This document shows positions 1 to 13,548 of a stretch of 64,000 bases of DNA, one piece after another. Within the stretch, counting starts at the first letter, position 1; the number at the start of each line of letters is the position of its first letter. Source of the DNA: the human T2T-CHM13v2.0 reference genome, Homo sapiens; the NCBI RefSeq assembly GCF_009914755.1, contig NC_060925.1, one strand, 5' to 3'. The notes under the pieces were generated by a model. That model was not told the origin of the DNA. It searched no databases and saw only the letters and a list, made by a program, of their open reading frames with translations. Both the position numbers and the translations under genes were made by a program.

Positions 1-699
1 TGTCATACTAGAACTAAGTCTCTTGATTCTGCATATATAGTATTTCCCATTTAATCATAGTGCTTCACTATATTTGATGATTTCTTTAAATTCCCAGCTC
101 TAAAAATGTTCACATTGCAACTATTAACCATTGATTAGTAAATTTAGACTCATCCAGATAAGAACAAGTTTCAGTCTAAAAAAGGAATTGCACAAAATTA
201 ATTTTAAAACATCAATAAGAATTCAGCCATTACCTAGGTGAATAATCTAGAATAGAATGTAACTACTCAGTATTCATTAGCTCAAGATGGCTGAATGACA
301 TATGCTTGCTTCAATAGTCTCATCCAACAAAAAAGAGAGAGAGAAAAGAAAGGTATTTATTTGTAATAACAACACTGGAAAATAAGTAAACATCATCAGT
401 GGACCAAAATTTTGTAATTTGAGACAGAAAATTAGGGCTGAAAATATGCAAAGAAAAAAATCATTGCAGATGTGCAAGTAGTCTCAAGGAAATTTCAAAT
501 GCTGAAATCAAGACATTGAAGGGGCAGGATAGGTTCAGGTGACTAACTGGGGAAAGGAGTCAGGTATTCCTATTCTACTTGTGCTGGGTAACTGATGATT
601 GCATTTGCCTAGAAGATAAGTGAATGCGTGTGGAAACTGTTGCCCCAAAAGCAGGCAATGCTAAAGGCTGCTGCTGACTCAAGTGACTCTAGAGCCAAC

Positions 700-3600
700 A
701 TAACAAGAAATAAAATATGCAATTCATAAAAGAAAAAATGAACCTTAATGTACCTAAAATATATATGCAAAATATGTAACCTCTCAAAAATAAGTGGGGA
801 GAAAATGTGATGAACAGATCTCAAAATCTGTTTTCAGAAATCAATGACTCAAATAGCAAGAAAAAAAACAGTAAGAAAGCTATAAGGATTTAAGTAGCTT
901 AGCTAACAACTTGATTTAACAGAAATACTTAGGACTGTTTATTAGCCCCAAAAAAGGAAAAGAAAGAAAGAAAGAAAAGAAAAGAGAAAAAGGAATCTTT
1001 TGACAAAATTTGAATATAGTAGTCCTCAAAGAAAATTTTAGTAAATTTCCTCAAAGCAGAAATCATATAGGTCACATCCTCTGGCTATAATGCAATGTAA
1101 TTAAAAATGAGCAATAAAAATTAAAAATCTACTTAAAAAGAAAGATCCTTTAAGATAACTCTTGTTCAGGAGAAAATAAACTCTGAAATTGCAAGCTATT
1201 TATAAGTAAATGATGGTAAAAACACAAACATAAAAATACGGGAATATGGCCAAAGTGGCACTCAAAAGGGAACAGGTAGCTTCATAATGCATTTATTAAA
1301 TAAATAAAATAAATGGGCCAGACATTTAATTCAAGAAGAGATTAATACTGAAGCAGAAATTAGTGAATCAGAAAACCATTTTAAAAAGTTGAGTGAAAAA
1401 CAAAGTAGACACTTTGAACTGACTAATAAAAGAGCAAAATATTTGGCAAATCTGATCACCGCAAAGAGTAAACACGATAAAACAACATTAGAAACAAGAA
1501 GAACATAACCAAAGGAAAAAAAATTAATTATAAGAAAATAGTCATTTCAAGTTTCACTTACTAAATATGAAAATCTAGTTGAAATTGATACTTTTTGAGA
1601 AAAAATTTCAAAAATTTATTCCAGAAGATACAAAATTTGAAAAGAAAGCCAAAGATCTACTGCTAATAAAATAACATTCGGCTCAGATTGTTTTAATAGC
1701 AAGTTTTATAAAACCTTTGGAGAACAGACACAATATCTATGTTCCATACTGTTACAGAGCACAGAAAAATATGAAAAATTTACCAACCCATTTTATATGA
1801 CTTGCTTAACACTTATGCCTAAATCCAATCAATGATAGCATACATTAAAAAAGGATGGAATGAAGAACGATGGAATGAAGAAATAGGCCTACTTTGCTTA
1901 CAAATACAAATGCAAAACTCTTAAGGTAAACTACATTCAATAAGCTAAAATAAAACTCTTAAATAAAATGTTAAAAAATGAAATCTATTTGCATTAAAAT
2001 AATAATATAATTAAACCTAAGTAAGATTTATCCTAGGAACTCATGGTTGATTCAACTTTTGGAAATCTATGAAGGAATTTTCTTATATTTACAAACAAAG
2101 GAGAGAAAGCATGGGTTTATCTAAACAAATGTTGTAAAAGGATTTGATAAAATTCAACATCTACTATGGGATTATCTAAAAAAATGTTGTAAAAGGATTT
2201 GATAAAATTCAACATCTACTCTTGGTCAAAACTCTCATTTAAGAATGAAAATAAATTTCTTTAAACAAATAAATGGTATATCTAAAAAACAACTGTAAAC
2301 AACACTTGATATTATAAGCATTAGAAGCATTTTCACTAAAGACAGGCCCACAAGACAAGGTTTTCTTCATCATGACTTCTATTCACTGCTATAGTAGAAG
2401 TTCTAATCAATGTAGTAATTCAGAGAAGCAAATAAGGGGAGGCAATATTATTTACCTGAAGAATCCCTATGAGAATCATCTACATTCGTTAAAGTGGATA
2501 TAAGATCAAAATATAATAGCACCAACAGCACCACTAAGTTGATGTAACAGAAAAAGGATTATATTAACACTGAGAATAAAACTCAAAAGCAAAGCAAAAC
2601 AAAAAAACAAAAATACTAAGAATAAACTTAACAAGAAAGATTAAAGAACAGAGATAAGGGAAATATTTTATTGATGAATATGTAAGCAGATATGAGTAAA
2701 TAAAAAGACATATGGTGTTTATAGAAAGATTCAGCATTGAAGGAAATTGAAAGTTCACATGAAAGAGGAAATCATAGCAAGAGTCAAACTTTTTTGTAAA
2801 ATGAATTATGAAGTATTTGCCCTAACAGAAGGTATCACAATAGTATAGTAAGTAAAATAGTGTGGTATTGACCCAGAAATAGACTACTAGATTCAGAGAA
2901 TAAAGTAGAAGAAAAACAGACTAATGAATATTTGAGAATTCAGTTTATGGTAAGGGAAGCATTTCAGAAAAGCAGAAAACAGACTGACCACTCAATAAAT
3001 AGAATTGGAACAACTGTCTATAAGTTTGGAAAAAATAAACTTAGTCTTCTACACCTTATATAAAAAAATACCCACAAAAAAACCAAAAACCTCCATACAT
3101 CTTAAAGAGTTAAGGTAAAAATAAAGTTATAAAAGTATTAGAAGAATATGGAAGAATATTCTTATATACTTTAGGTAGGGGAGGCATTTCTAATAAAATA
3201 AACACAGAAACTGAAAGGGAAAAGACTGACAAGTTTGACTATATAAAAATTAAAATGATCTATACAGCAAAAGATATACAAAATTAAAAGATAAATTGCA
3301 GAAAGAAAAGCATTTGTAATATATTTTGTAACATATTTAACAAAAATATATTAATATTTTAAGCATATAAGGAGTGATTGCAAATCAATAAGAAAAAGGC
3401 AACAATCTAATGTGCAGTATATATGAACAGGCAACTTCCATAAGAAAAAAGTGCAATTGGGAAAGTGTAAATAGAAAAAATGCAATACACATTCTCACTT
3501 ATCAGATTGGCAAACATCAAAAGAAGTAATATGAAATGTTGATGGTGGGAGTGCAAATTTGATGAAACCTCTTGGGAAGGTAGGTTGGGAACGTGTCAAA
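700..3600 (+). mobile_element. Ancient, highly diverged L1M (ORF2-derived) fragment
   Basis: A-rich strand with degenerate L1 ORF2 motifs (gatttgataaaattcaacat, gaagcattttcactaaa, tagtgtggtattg, tttgactatataaaaatt); boundaries approximate. Confidence 0.7.
2111..2220. repeat. 55-bp tandem duplication (2 copies, 2 mismatches)
   Basis: atggg(t/a)ttatctaaa(c/a)aaatgttgtaaaaggatttgataaaattcaacatctact twice. Confidence 0.9.
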
Positions 3601-4509
3601 TTAAAAAATTAATAACATTATAAAATGTTTTTGTATACAGGTCAAAGACAGAGAAATGCTAGTAATTTAAATGAAAGAAAGTAAGAAAGGCCTAGATCCC
3701 AGTAAGGAATAGAATACCGAAAATAAGCCTGAGGCAAACTTTCCTCAGACAACAAATGGATTATGCAATGATCTCTAAAAAGCCTTAGTGAAAAGTCTAG
3801 CACTTGTGACATTTAAATGGAGACTACACTAAATGGAAATACGCATGCATTTTGTAAAAAAGCTTATGAAACAGAAGACTCAATTAGATAATCTTTTAAA
3901 TATTTTGCATCTCTTTCATGCTGACTTTCAGAACAGGTCTAAATACATTCGCAATATAATTTTCCTAATATAAGAGTTCATAAGTATCATGCTACACTTG
4001 TTCCTAACATCATGCAAAGTTCCTGAGAAAGATGAAAGATAAAATTAGATGTTAGATTTATCACAATTGGTTAGAAAAATAATATCCAAATAAAGCAGGT
4101 TTGTTTCCAACCAGAGAAAGAAAATCCATTTCAAGTAAACCTAATTTTCAAAGCAATTTGTCAACCATGACAGCATAGTTTTATACAGATACTAAATCCC
4201 AATTTTAAGTGCTGGCCATATAAAATTTCCTAGTTTGGTTAGGAGTTATAATCTTACTTTTTAAAACCTCATTTCATATTTTATTTCCATTTTCATTTTT
4301 TTCTCTTTCCTTTTTCATGTCCAGAAACCACTAAGCCGTTTAAGTACTGTGGAATGCTTACAATTCTCCACATCCCATGGAGGTAGATTATTTTCAATGG
4401 AACTATTGCTTTGTCTGTAAAGCTAATCAAGGGATGAAACTTTAAGGGCATGGATACGTTTCTTTCCCATCCACAGTGACTCAATTCTGGAAGCAAGTCA
4501 AATACTGAC

Positions 4510-4617
4510 CACAGCACCTCTAGTTCCTCTGGCACCCTTAGGACCACTTTTCCCAATTTTTCCAGGAGGACCTCTGCTTCCAACTTCTCCTGTGGGTCCT
4601 ATTTGTCCTTTATCACC
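4510..4617 (-). CDS. COL24A1: Collagen exon, 108 bp, GDKGQIGPTGEVGSRGPPGKIGKSGPKGARGTRGAV
   Basis: catccacag acceptor, GTG/gtcagt donor, 12 triplets. Confidence 0.95.
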
Positions 4618-5068
4618 CTGTGGATGACATTATTAAGAGAGAAAAGCAAGAAAAAAATTTATACTTAGATTAATTAACTATATCATATTCCTGAATAGCT
4701 CCTGAGGATTATCTGGTTAACAGTATTACAGATCACTATTAACAACAATAACATACCATCACTATATAAGTTATTTTAAAAATAAAAGTAATTTTGGAAA
4801 AAGATAAAATAAAAATTTTGACCAAACAAGCAGGGGGCATCTGGTGCTCATGTTGAATCCAAATAACCGTTTTTTACTTTTGAATTTTGCTATATATGTA
4901 TGTAAGTATGCATGTATGTGTTGTTACTATAAGAAATCATAAGCTCTTTGGAAAGTCTGTTTCTATAGAGAATTTCAATGCAACAAGGTCTGTTCAATAC
5001 AAAAAGAGCTCCAGTGTGCAGTTCTGTACATTCAGGATCATCACTCATTGGCTTGGAGTATGCCTTGA

Positions 5069-5472
<404 letters not shown>

Positions 5473-6197
5473 TAGCACCAAAATATAGCTGTTCTTAAAC
5501 AACATTGTGTTATTCTTCATTTTCCTAAGTGAGAACCAACCTGTTCTATTATTGATAAACAAGAAGATACAAAGAAAAACTACTGTGAACACAGTTGGAC
5601 AGGAAATTTTTGGGATTCATAACAGCTAAGAGGCTTTATTTTATTTTTCCAGGGGTGCAGGTTGTTATTATACAAAGACTTGCACTGTCTCACTATGAAT
5701 GTTGATTTTAGTAAAATATTTTTAGTAAAATATAAAGTAAGCAAATAAAAATATTCTTGATTTGTAGTTCTTCATATATGGAAAAAATAAAACCAACTTA
5801 GAAAAACACATTGACAACAAATAATTATAGTTACATTCTCTTCCCTCAAATACTTTACTAAAGTTGTCATTGAAAAGCACAAATGGTATAGTATTTTCCT
5901 TTTATCTTTCTTCTTGCCCATGGTCTACTAAAAGAATTTTTGGCAAACAAGAGAAAGAAGGAAAAGCCAAGATTTTTTACAAACTACAAAATGGAAAATT
6001 TGCCTTCAAATAATCACGATAATAAGTACTCCTAACTGAAATTAAATATTAATTTATATAAATGTATCTTTTAAAGCAACATTTATAATTCTTTACTACT
6101 TTACTATCTAGTCCAAATTAAAAACATTACAGCAGTCTATGGAGTTCTGGGCACATCAGAAGAAAGAAAACCTGCATAAGAAGATGTAAAAAATTAC

Positions 6198-6251
6198 CTT
6201 TTTTCCTGGACGACCTCTTTGCCCTGGAATTCCCACAATTCCTTCAGGTCC
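6198..6251 (-). CDS. COL24A1: Collagen exon, 54 bp, GPEGIVGIPGQRGRPGKK
   Basis: atattttag acceptor, AAG/gtaatt donor. Confidence 0.95.
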
Positions 6252-7456
6252 CTAAAATATTCAATATAAAAAAGGAAATAAATGGTTAAAGAAAAGATGA
6301 GATGGAGTATTTGAATACTTCTATCAGATAATCACTGGATTGGATTGGACGAGAAGTAAAAATGAGGGTTAATTTTCACATTATTAGGTTTGTATCATTT
6401 AAAAAGAGGTCACAATGACTTAGAGGTGTAGCTGTTATTAGCTATAAAGTTCACATGCACAAACTGGCCAAGAGAGTCTTAATTACACTGTTCATTATTC
6501 TAGGTGGAACATTACTTAGATTCAGTATACCCATTTTAATTAGAGAGAATGTAATTAAAGTTAACCCATGCCTTCTACGTCACAGGCTGTAAAACACGTT
6601 TAACTAAAATAAAAAAGTATAAACCCAAAGGCATCCATCTCAGCATTTCTATCAGCTACTGGGAGCTCAGCATCTTGTGGAAAGTACAGGACTTCTGCCT
6701 ATCCAATGAAGTCTCCACACACATATGAAAGAAAGTACAGAGTATAAAATACATCTAGTACATGGTCAAGGAAAATTTCAATGTGTCTAGTACGTGGTCA
6801 AAGAAAATCTCAAAATCTCACTGGAGTAGAAAGAGTTAAAGAGATATTCGTTGATCTGTGGGAAAAAAAGAAGGAAATACAGAGAGAAAAAGGAGGTAAT
6901 CATATAAAACTTAAAAATAATATTTTCATTTCAATTTGTCCTTTGTGTAGCTAAAAGTATATTAAAAGTTTTCAATATACACTTTTTTTTAAGTAAAAGT
7001 GGGGCACTATATGAATTTTCAGGTAAACAATGGTTAGGCTTAAGTGAGTTCCACAGTAAGCCAGGTTGCAAGTTCTAAAATGGCTAATAATTAATCACAA
7101 CATTCCCTGCATTCGCTGGAAATGAAAATAGAAATCTCAAATTTGTGTCCCAAAAGCTTGGCAAATTGCAAAAATGATGTAGACAAGAAATAACTTGTGG
7201 TTTACCACTGTGCTATGTAGGCTCTAGATAAATATTTGTTGAACGAATAAACAGATACCTAAGGAAATGACTCATACCCTATGCTCCTGAGAAAATGCTC
7301 TTCTAGCCTCAGAAAATCACTGAATTTAGAGGCCAAAGCTGTTGTGCTCTATTGCTGTAGTTATAGCTGCATCCAGAGGTAGAAATGGTAGTTGCACTAA
7401 CCTGAGGACTTCTTTGAAGTTAATGAGGCCTTTCAAAAAGAGGCTGATTAATCTTC

Positions 7457-7703
7457 ATAGAGATTAAAGGTGTGAGCTTTTAAAAGTCAGACTGCTCCCA
7501 TTTCATATTCTGGCTCTGGCACCTAACACCTACCTATACAGCCGTAGGTAGATTATTTAATTTCTAAAGGCCTCAGATTCCTGTTAAATAAAAGAGGTAT
7601 AAAAGAACATCTTCAAAGACTAAGAGCAAATAAGAGAATGCATGTAAACTTTAGAAAGGACTAGACTTATGATGAAGAGCTCAAAATATGCTAGTCGTTA
7701 TTA
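7457..7703 (+). mobile_element. MIR SINE
   Basis: Degenerate MIR motifs (agtcagactg...gcctcagattcct...gcatgtaaa). Confidence 0.65.
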
Positions 7704-7815
7704 ACTTCTGCTGTTTATTAAAAGTGTATTACACAATATTTAAGTACATGTAAAGATGTTAAAAGGTACAATGAAAGCCCGTTTACCTACATCTACTTTA
7801 AGAAATAGAACCAAT

Positions 7816-7830
7816 ATATGTGTATGTCTA

Positions 7831-7867
<37 letters not shown>

Positions 7868-7890
7868 CTACATATATATATATACATATA
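7816..7890. repeat. Compound (TG)n(TA)n microsatellite
   Basis: Seen directly. Confidence 0.9.
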
Positions 7891-7899
7891 ATTGAAGCC

Positions 7900-9660
7900 C
7901 CACATTAAACATATACTTATCCAAACTCATCACCCTTTTTCCCTACTCAGGTGCAATCATTGTCTTGAATTTTATTGTTCCTACACATTTCTTAATAATT
8001 TTACTCCATTTGTATCCCCAAGTAATATGTATTTTGTATCTTTAAAAATTTTTAAAAAGCAGTATCATACTTTATGTGTTCTCCTGAAACTTCTTTTTAA
8101 CACATTTTTGTTTTGAAATTACTGTGTCTTTAATTCATTTACTTAAAAAAATGCTACAGGATTCCATGTTATTATCAAACCACAACTTAAGTATTTTTCC
8201 CGTTGGTTAATGTTTTGGTGGCTTTCTTTTGCTATTACAGACAATGCTGGAATAAACACTCTGTACTTGTCTCTATGTGCTCATGTCAAGAGTTTTTATA
8301 GGGTATGTACCCTGGAATTGAATTGCTGGGTTGTAGGATACATGCATCTTCAAGCATATCAGATATTGTCAAATTGTTCTCCAAAGTGATTTTGCCAATT
8401 TACATCCTCAATGGCAATGTTTAAGAGTTCCACTTACTTCATATTTCCTATAATGCTTGATCGTATGAGACTTAAAATGGGTGCAGAATGATGTTATCAT
8501 TTCAATTTATGTTATTGGTTATTATGGAAAAACGTATAGCTACTCATAAAGTTATCGGACATCTATATCTCTATGTGAATTTCTGGTTCCTATCTTGTGC
8601 CCGTTATTCTACTGGGCTGTCTTATTTAGTTACATGTATATGTTTTTATACATACTTATATTTTGTTCATTCCATATATCACAAATCTCTTCTCCCAGCT
8701 TGTGTCTTATTTTCTCACCTTGTTTATTACGACTTTGGACTAACACAAGTTTGCAATTTTAATGCAGTCAAAGTCATTAATATTTTCTTTCTGTTTCTTT
8801 TAGTGCTTTGTTTTAAGAAATCTTTACTGCTTCCCCTTTCCTTATAAGGTCATAAAATATTATCTTAAATGTTCTCCCAAGAGTTTTAAGATTTTGATTT
8901 TAACAGTTAAGCCTTTAATCAATTGGAATGTAATTTTGCGGGGTGTGTGTTTGTGTGTGTGCGCGCACGTGCGCATTTGTGTGAGGGAGAGTATTTTTTT
9001 TTTCATTTGGATAACCAATTGTACTGGTATCATTTATTAAATTGTTCATTTCCTTATAGATCTGTAGTGCATAATCAATTTATCAAAAATCAAGTTTCAA
9101 AATATACTTATATCTGATTCTACATTATCTTCAATTTCCATTGGTCTGTTTGTTTATTTGTGAATGAGTATGGCACTAACTAACTTAATTACTCTAGCTT
9201 CAATAATAAGTTATATCAGATAGGTCAGATTCTCTCTTCCACCTCCTCCACAACCATCCCACCTCTGCACAACTTATTCTTTAAAGTTGTCTTAATATTG
9301 GCCCTTTGGTTTTCCACACAAATTTTTAAATCACTTTTTATCAATCAAGTTTTATTAAAAATCCCATTGGGATTTTGGTTGAAATTGTATTAAGTGTATT
9401 CATTAATATAGGAGAAGATTGATAATTTTATAATATTGAGTTTTCCTATCATGAATATAAAATAACTGTCCATTTATTTAGTTCTTTAATAAATGATTAT
9501 AATTTCTTTAATTGCAAAAATTTTCCACACCATTTTTACAAATATTTTGTTTAGATGTATTGCTAGGTACTTAATTTTGTGGCTAATTGTGTTGGAAATT
9601 GCATTTAAAAATATCTAACTGCTCATTGCTGGTGAAAAAGAATGGAACCTATTTTTGTAT
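7900..9660 (-). mobile_element. Old L1M fragment
   Basis: T-rich antisense L1 3' motifs (gaattgctgggttg, ttttaatgcagtcaaa, gggattttggttgaaattg). Confidence 0.65.
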
Positions 9661-9664
9661 ATTA

Positions 9665-9790
9665 CTTTTATTTATTTATTTAGAGACATTGTCTTGCTAT
9701 GTTGCCCAGGCGGGACTTGAACTCCTAGGATCAAGCAATCCACTCACCTCAGCCTCTCGAGTTACTGGAAGTACAGGCGCATGCCACAGT
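9665..9790 (-). mobile_element. Alu monomer fragment (FLAM-like)
   Basis: gagac...tatgttgcccagg...gaactcctaggatcaagcaatcc. Confidence 0.75.
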
Positions 9791-9814
9791 AACCACAGTA
9801 TTATGTTTTATTTT

Positions 9815-12800
9815 TTCTATCTAACTTTTATTTTAGGTTCAAGGGGTACATGTGCAGGTTTGTTATGTGGATAAATTATGTGTCACATGGATTTGGTGTA
9901 CAGATAATTTTGTCACCTAGGTAATTGGCATAATATCTGATAGGCAGTTTTTCAGTCCTCACCCTCCTCCCACCCTTCACTCTCAAGTAGGTCCTGATGT
10001 TAATTGTTCCTTTCTTTGTGTCCATGTGTACTCAAGGTTTAGCTCCAACTTAAGGAGAACATGTGGTATTTGGTTTTCTGTTCCCACATTAATTTGCTTA
10101 GGATAATGGCCTCCAGCTGCATCCATGTTGCTGGTTAAGGACATGATCTTGTTCTTTTTCTATGGCTGCATAGGATTCCATGGTGTATACATACCACTTT
10201 TTTTTTTATCCAGTCCACTGTTGATGGAGATCTAGGCTGATTCCATGTCTTTGCTATTGTGAATGGTGCTGCGCTGAAGATAAATGCGCATGCATCTTTA
10301 TGGTAGAACAGTTTATATTCCTTTGGGTATATACCCAGTAATGGGACTGCTGGGTTGAATGGTAGTTCTTTTAAAGTTCTTTGAGAAATCTCCAGACTAT
10401 TTTCCACAGTGGCTGAGCTAATTTACATTCCCACTAGCAGTGTATAAGTGTTCACTTTTCTCTGCAACTTCACCAGCATGTTATTTTTTGACTTTTTAAT
10501 AAAAGCCATTCTGACTGGTATGAGATGGTATCTCATTGTGGTTTTGATTTGCATTTCTCTAATGATTAGCAACATTGAGCATTTTTTCATCTACTTGATG
10601 GCCAAATGTATGTCTTTTTTTGAGAAGTGTATGTTCAAGTCCTTTACCCATTTTTAATGGGTTTGTTTGTTTTTTGCTTATTGATTTAAGTTCTTTATAG
10701 ATTCTGGATATTAGACCTTTGTTGGATGCATAATTTGCAAAAACTATCTCCTGTTCTTAGGTTGTCTGTTTACTCTTTTGACAGTTTCTTTTGCTGTGCA
10801 GAAACTCTTTAGTTTAATTAGGTTCATTTGTCAAGTTTTGTTTTTGATGCAATTGCTTTTGGAATCTTTGTCATGAAGTCTTTGCAAGGGCTGATGTCCA
10901 GAATAGTATTCCCTAAGTTCTCTTCTAAGGTTTTTATAGTTTTAGGTTTTATATTTAAGCATTTAATCCATCTTAAATTGATTTTTGCATGTGGTAAAAG
11001 GTAGGGGTCCAGCTTCAATCTTCTGCATATGGCTAGCCAGTTATCCCAGCACCATCTACTGAATAGGGTAAACTTTCCCCATTGCTTGTTATTATCGGCT
11101 TTGTCAAAGGTCAGATAGCTGTAGTTGTGTGGCTTTATTTCTCGGTTCTCTAACCTGTTTCATTGGTCTGTGTAACTGTTTTTGTACCAGTACAATATCG
11201 TTTTAGTTACTGTAGCCTTGTAGTATAGTTTGAAGTCAGGTACTTGTGATGCCTCCAGCTCTATTCTTCTTGCTTAGGATTACTTTGGCTACTTGGGCTC
11301 TTTTTTGATTCCATAAGAATTTTAGAATGGCTTTTGCTAATGCTGTGAAAAACGTTCTTGGTAATCTGATAGGACTGGCATTGAGTCTTTAAATTGCTTT
11401 TGAGAAGTATGGCCATTTTACCAATATTGATTCTTCCTATCCATGAGCATAGAAGGTTTTTACATTTGTTTGTGTTGCCTCTGATTTCTTTCAGCAGTGT
11501 CTTGTAATTCTAATTGTAGAGATCTTTCACCTCCCTGGTTACTGTATTCCTAGGTTTTTGTTTTTTTTTTTTGAGATAAAGTCTCGCTCTGTCACCAGGC
11601 TGGAGTGTAGTGGTGTGATCACAGCTCACTGCAACCTCACCTCCTGGGTTCAAGCGATTCTCCCACCTCAGCCTCCTGAGTAGCTGGGACTACAGGTGTG
11701 CACCACCACGCTCAGCTAATTTTTGTATTTTTAGTAGAGAAGGGGTTTCACCATGTTGGCCGGGATGGTCTTGATCTCTTGACAGCGTGTTCCACCTGCC
11801 TCGGCCTCCCAAATATTCCTAGGTATTTTATTCTTTTTGTGGCTATTATGAGTGGCATTAAACTCTTGATTTGTTTCTCAGCTGGGATGTTATTGGTGTA
11901 TAGAAATGCTATTAATTTTTGTACGTTGATTTTGTATTCTGAAACTTTGCTGAAGTTGTTTATCAGATCTAGGAGCCTTTGAACAGAGACTATAGGGTTT
12001 TCTAGGTACAGAATCATATAATCTGCAAAAAGAGTTTGACTTCCTCTTTTCCTATTTGGATGCCTTTTATTTCTTTCTTTTGTCTGACTGCTGTGACTGA
12101 GAGTTCCAGTACTATATTAAGTAGGAGTGGTGAGAGTTCCATCTCTCAAGGGGAATGCTTCCAGCTTTTGCCTATTAGGTATAACATTGGCTGTGGGTTT
12201 GTCATAGATGACAGTTATTATTTTGAGGTATGTACTTTCAATGTCAAGTTTGTTGAGGGTTAACATTGAGGCACGTTGAATTTTATTGAAAGCTTTTTCT
12301 GTACCTATTGAGATGATCATGTGTTTTTTGTTTTTAGTTATATTTATGTGATGGATCACATTTATTGATTTACATATGTTGAACCAATCTTGCATCCCAG
12401 GAATAAAGCCTACTTGATCATGATGGATTAGCTTTTTGATGTGCTGCTAAATTCAGTTTGCTAGTATTTTGTTATCGATTCTTGCATCTATGTTCAACAG
12501 GGATATTGACCTGAAGTCTTCTTTTTTTGTTGTTGTATATCAGAATGATGCTGGCCTCATGCAATGAATAAGGGAGGAATCCCTCCTATTCAATTTTTTG
12601 GAATGGTTTCAGTAGGATTGGTACCAGCTCTTCTTTATAGCTCTGGTAGATTATGGCTGTCAATCTGGTCCTGGGCTTTTCTGGTTGGTAGGTTTCTAAG
12701 TCACTGATTCAATTTCAGAACTCATTATTGGTCTGCTCAGGGTTTCAGTTTCTTCCTGGTTCAATCTTGGGAGGTTGTATGTTTCCAGGAATTTATGAAT

Positions 12801-13365
12801 TTCTTCTAGGTTTTCTGGTTTGTGTGCAGAGAGGTGTTCATAATAGTCTCTGAGGGTTTTTTGTATTTCCGTGGTATTGATGGTAACATCCCCTTTGTCA
12901 TTTCTGAATGTGTTTATTTGGATCATCTCCCTGCCTGTTTTTCTTTATTAGTCTAGCTAATGGTCTATAAATCTTATTTATTCTTTCAATAAATGAAGTT
13001 TTGGTTTTGTTGACCTTTTGTATGTTTTATTCTCATCTCCATTTTGTTCAGTTCAGCTTTGATTTTGGTTATTTCAGCTTTTGGGTTTGTTTTGCTCCTG
13101 TTTTTCTAGTTCCTCTAGGTGTGATGTTATGCTGTTAATTAGATATTTTTCTAACTTTTTAATGTAGGTAGGTATTTAGTGCTATAAACTTCCCTCTTAA
13201 CACTGCTTTAGCTGTATCCCAGAGATTCTTGTATGTTGTATCACTGTTTTCATTAGTTTCAAAGAATTTCTTGATTTCTGCTTTAATTTCATTGTTTACC
13301 CAAAAGTCTTTCAGGAGCAGACTGATTAATTTCCATTTAATGGTATAGTTTTGAGAAATTTGTAT
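9815..13365 (-). mobile_element. 5'-truncated older L1PA (L1PA13-16/L1PB-like), sense to COL24A1
   Basis: L1 3'UTR at left; ORF2 fragments in ORFs 10135, 10824, 11748, 12117, 12696. Confidence 0.9.
11556..11813 (-). mobile_element. 5'-truncated AluS inserted in L1
   Basis: Ends at gcctcccaaa; TSD tattcctaggt on both sides. Confidence 0.9.
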
Positions 13366-13548
13366 TCTAATGATTCCCTAATTATATCACCTGTTCTCAC
13401 TCCATCACTGACTTTCTGATTACCCTACCTAATGATAGCTCTTTGCATTTGTATTTGGTATGTTAAACTTTACGCGTCCAAAACCAAAGTCTCTAAATCC
13501 CTCCTCCTAACCCTAAACTGCTTTCCTCCTACTCTTCCCCACCTCCAC

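Noticed and set aside
4293-4583. 96-aa minus ORF
   Set aside because: Off-frame reading of the collagen exon running into the intron
8943-8975. Alternating (TG)/(CG) tract with Z-DNA potential
   Set aside because: Short, interrupted microsatellite inside an old L1; common
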